Of a DNA stretch of 64,000 bases, positions 61,659-64,000 are shown in pieces. The DNA is from Oscillospiraceae bacterium. GTDB lineage: Bacteria; Bacillota; Clostridia; Oscillospirales; Acutalibacteraceae. Both the position numbers and the translations under genes were made by a program. Under the pieces are notes generated by a model. The model ran no database searches and was not told where the DNA came from. It was given only the letters and a program-made list of their open reading frames with translations. The stretch lies in contig CACXOM010000004.1 in NCBI GenBank assembly GCA_902769255.1, forward strand, positions 5,100 through 69,099. The letters are read 5' to 3'. The number at the start of each line of letters is the position of its first letter. The stretch's first letter is position 1.

Positions 61659-63126
61659 TAATTTAAAGAGTAAAACCCTTTCGGGCTTTTTTTGGCGTTT
61701 TGCTGAAAGGTGCGGTGCACAAGGCGTAGGATTTATAGTTTCGCTTGTTCTTGCTCGTTTAATAGTGCCGAAAATGTTTGGCGTTGTAGCCTTAATTACT
61801 GTTTTTACAAATATTTTGCAAGTGTTTGTTGACAGCGGCCTTGGCAGCGCTTTGATACAGAAAAAAGATGCAGATGACCTTGATTTTTCTAGCGTTTTCT
61901 ATTTTAATTTCGGCATGTGTACATTTTTGTATATTGTCATGTTTTTTGTGGCTCCTTTAATTGATAAGGGATTATATGCCGGAAAATATGATAATTTAAC
62001 AGATTATATTAGAGTTTTAAGTCTTGTGCTTATTATTTCAGGTGTTAAAAATATACAGCAAGCGTATGTTTCAAGAAAAATGATTTTTAAAAGATTTTTC
62101 TTTGCAACACTTGGCGGAACAATAATGGCGGCAATAGTTGGTATTTCTATGGCATTTTATTTGCCACCTCAATATAGAGTTTGGGCAATTATCGCGCAAA
62201 ATCTTACAAATAAAATAATTGATACAGTAGTTTTGTGGTTCACTGTTAAATGGCGACCTAAATTAATGTTTTCTTTGAAAAGATTAAAAGGTTTGTGGGC
62301 TTATGGCTGGAAACTTTTGTGTTCTTCATTAATTGATGTATTTTATAATAATATCAGACAATTATTAATAGGCAGTCTTTACACTTCGAGTGATTTGGCG
62401 TTTTATAACAGAGGAAAACAGTTTCCTGAAATTGCTATTTCAAATATTAATATATCTATTGACAGTGTGTTGTTCCCTGCTATGTCAAAAGAACAAGATG
62501 ATAAAGAAAAAGTTAAGGCAATGACACGACGTTCAATAAAGATAAGCAGTTTTATTATTTGGCCTATTATGATGGGGTTAGCAGCGGTTGCCAAGCCAAT
62601 GATTATTTTTTTAATTGGAGAAAAGTGGCTTAACAGTGTTTTGTTTTTAAGAATATTCTGTGTAACTTTTGCTTTTTGGCCAATTCATACGGCAAATTTG
62701 AATTCGATAAAAGCATTAGGCAGAAGTGATATATTCTTAAAACTTGAAATACTAAAAAAAGTTGTAGGTGTAACACTTCTTTTATCAACAATATTTATTA
62801 GCGTTGAAGCAATGGCTTATAGTTTGTTTTTAAGTTCCGTTTGCAGTCAGATAATAAATACTTATCCAAATAAAAAATTATTGAACTACTCATATCTTGA
62901 ACAATTAAAAGATATTGCACCATGTGTTTTAATTTCCGTTTTTATGGCAGCAGTAGTTTATTTGATAGGCTTAATAAATATTAATTATATAGTTTTGTTA
63001 TTTATTCAAATATTAGTCGGAATAATCGTTTATTTAGGATTGTCTGTATTATTTAAAATAGATAGTTTAAACTATATCAAAGATATTATTAATAAATTCT
63101 ACAAAACAAAAATTAAACATAGTTAA
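61648..63126 (+). CDS. wzx: polysaccharide flippase (Wzx, MOP superfamily)
   Basis: About 12-14 TM segments. N-terminal GFFWRFAERCGAQGVGFIVSLVLARLI is typical of Polysacc_synt proteins. Confidence 0.85.
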   Translation: MSDSNLKSKTLSGFFWRFAERCGAQGVGFIVSLVLARLIVPKMFGVVALITVFTNILQVFVDSGLGSALIQKKDADDLDFSSVFYFNFGMCTFLYIVMFFVAPLIDKGLYAGKYDNLTDYIRVLSLVLIISGVKNIQQAYVSRKMIFKRFFFATLGGTIMAAIVGISMAFYLPPQYRVWAIIAQNLTNKIIDTVVLWFTVKWRPKLMFSLKRLKGLWAYGWKLLCSSLIDVFYNNIRQLLIGSLYTSSDLAFYNRGKQFPEIAISNINISIDSVLFPAMSKEQDDKEKVKAMTRRSIKISSFIIWPIMMGLAAVAKPMIIFLIGEKWLNSVLFLRIFCVTFAFWPIHTANLNSIKALGRSDIFLKLEILKKVVGVTLLLSTIFISVEAMAYSLFLSSVCSQIINTYPNKKLLNYSYLEQLKDIAPCVLISVFMAAVVYLIGLININYIVLLFIQILVGIIVYLGLSVLFKIDSLNYIKDIINKFYKTKIKHS

Positions 63127-63137
63127 AGGATTTTTAT

Positions 63138-63908
63138 ATGATAGATTTTGCGCAAAAAGTTTTAACATCACCGCTTAATAAAACTCATTTATTCTATTTA
63201 GGACAAGCGGGATTTGTTATCAAATCTTCAACAGGAAAAGTATTAGGAATAGATATGTATCTTTCAGAATGTGTTGAAAGAGTTGAAGGACATATGGGAT
63301 TTAAAAGATTGTTACCAAAAATACTAAATCCTGATGATATTGATTTTGATTGTATAATAGCATCACACCCGCATCTTGACCATTTTGACATGGATTCTAT
63401 TCCGCAACTTATGTATAACGGACATACAAAATTATTTGCTTCTGTTGAATGCGAAAAAGAAGTAAAAAATTTGAAAATGAGTAATGACAATATAACATAT
63501 GTAAAACCGAGCGAAAGTTATATTTCCGGCGACTTTAAACTTGATTTTATAAATTGTGACCATGGAACAGGGGCGCCTGATGCGGTGGGTGTAATAATAA
63601 CAGTTGATAACAAAAGAATTCTTTTTGTCGGTGATACTTGTTTAAGATTAGACAGAGTTAGTGAATATACTTCAAAAGGTGATATTGATATATTGCTTGC
63701 ACCTATTAACGGCGCTTACGGAAATCTTAATGAAGATGAATGCGCAAAACTCAGTAGTGCTGTCAATGCGAAGCTTACAATTCCTTGCCATTATGGTATG
63801 TTTGCTTCACATGGCGGAAATCCGGGATTGTTTTATAAAATAATGCGAGAAAAATATCCTGAAAAAAACATGTTAATTATGAGTGTTGGTGAAAAATATA
63901 CTTTTTAA
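63138..63908 (+). CDS. MBL-fold metallo-hydrolase (UlaG-like subgroup)
   Basis: ASHPHLDHFD metal motif and later D/H ligands (CDHG, GDT, CHYG). Confidence 0.7.
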   Translation: MIDFAQKVLTSPLNKTHLFYLGQAGFVIKSSTGKVLGIDMYLSECVERVEGHMGFKRLLPKILNPDDIDFDCIIASHPHLDHFDMDSIPQLMYNGHTKLFASVECEKEVKNLKMSNDNITYVKPSESYISGDFKLDFINCDHGTGAPDAVGVIITVDNKRILFVGDTCLRLDRVSEYTSKGDIDILLAPINGAYGNLNEDECAKLSSAVNAKLTIPCHYGMFASHGGNPGLFYKIMREKYPEKNMLIMSVGEKYTF

Positions 63909-63924
63909 TAGGAGATAAAGGAAA

Positions 63925-64000
63925 ATGAATGATAAATTCAAAGGAAAAAAGTTATTAATAATGGGCGCAAACCCCGAAACTATTCCATTGGTAGAATTAG
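63925..64000 (+). CDS. partial ORF (N-terminus only), possibly an ATP-grasp enzyme
   Basis: ATG at 63925 follows GGAGATAAAGGAAA. MNDKFKGKKLLIMGANPETIPLVEL resembles the pre-ATP-grasp Rossmann start. Only 25 codons are visible. Confidence 0.3.
   Translation, partial: MNDKFKGKKLLIMGANPETIPLVEL

Noticed and set aside
1-64000. Looked for tRNA/rRNA genes, CRISPR repeats, IS elements, integrases, toxin-antitoxin pairs and known defence systems.
   Set aside because: All intergenic regions longer than 100 nt were read. They contain only promoters, terminators and AT-rich spacers. No repeat-spacer periodicity, no cloverleaf-like GC-rich segments and no transposase or recombinase motifs were seen.

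Overview
This 64 kb window looks like a low-GC Firmicutes chromosome, probably class Clostridia. That placement is inferred from gene content, Shine-Dalgarno usage and sporulation-era synteny (mazG-hup-S4). All family calls come from motif recognition by eye; no database search was run. I found no rRNA, tRNA, CRISPR array, transposase or integrase.

Gene content from left to right:
- 1-1500 (-): a secreted protein of unknown function, split by one in-frame TAA.
- 1574-9665: a divergent AraC regulator and a seven-gene operon. It holds uxaC, uxuA and an SDR mannonate oxidoreductase, followed by two xylose-isomerase-like TIM-barrel genes and two tandem Gfo/Idh/MocA oxidoreductases.
- 9774-13385: MscS-type channel, nadA, mnmA and an M23 peptidase.
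- 13634-17263: grpE-dnaK-dnaJ with no hrcA gene and no CIRCE element, but with CtsR-type heptad repeats around the promoter.
- 17350-19701: a SASA/SGNH esterase and ldh.
- 19907-28109: a ten-gene [FeFe]-hydrogenase operon. The electron-bifurcating-type hydC/hydB/hydA genes are interrupted by a DRTGG / GHKL-ATPase / sensory-hydrogenase-like / DRTGG / PHP / GHKL-ATPase module.
- 28167-33167: three membrane-anchored unknowns (one cohesin-like) and an amino-acid ABC transporter.
- 33461-45310: recJ-relA-MBL-hemZ, then mtnN, mazG, hup, an S4 protein, a serine hydrolase and a GH5-like lipoprotein.
- About 45375 to the window end: a polysaccharide locus of roughly 18 kb. It contains a priming transferase, rfbA/B/C plus an atypical reductase, GT4 and GT2 transferases, wzy, glf and wzx. 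It also carries an unusual cassette of TupA-like ATP-grasp ligases, a carboxyethyl-ornithine-synthase-like dehydrogenase and a CapA-like protein.

The candidates I rank highest are:
1. The sensory/kinase/phosphoesterase module inside the hydrogenase operon.
2. The amino-acid or opine-type decoration cassette in the polysaccharide locus, including an A7-tract frame junction.
3. The oxidoreductase/TIM-barrel cassette fused to hexuronate catabolism.
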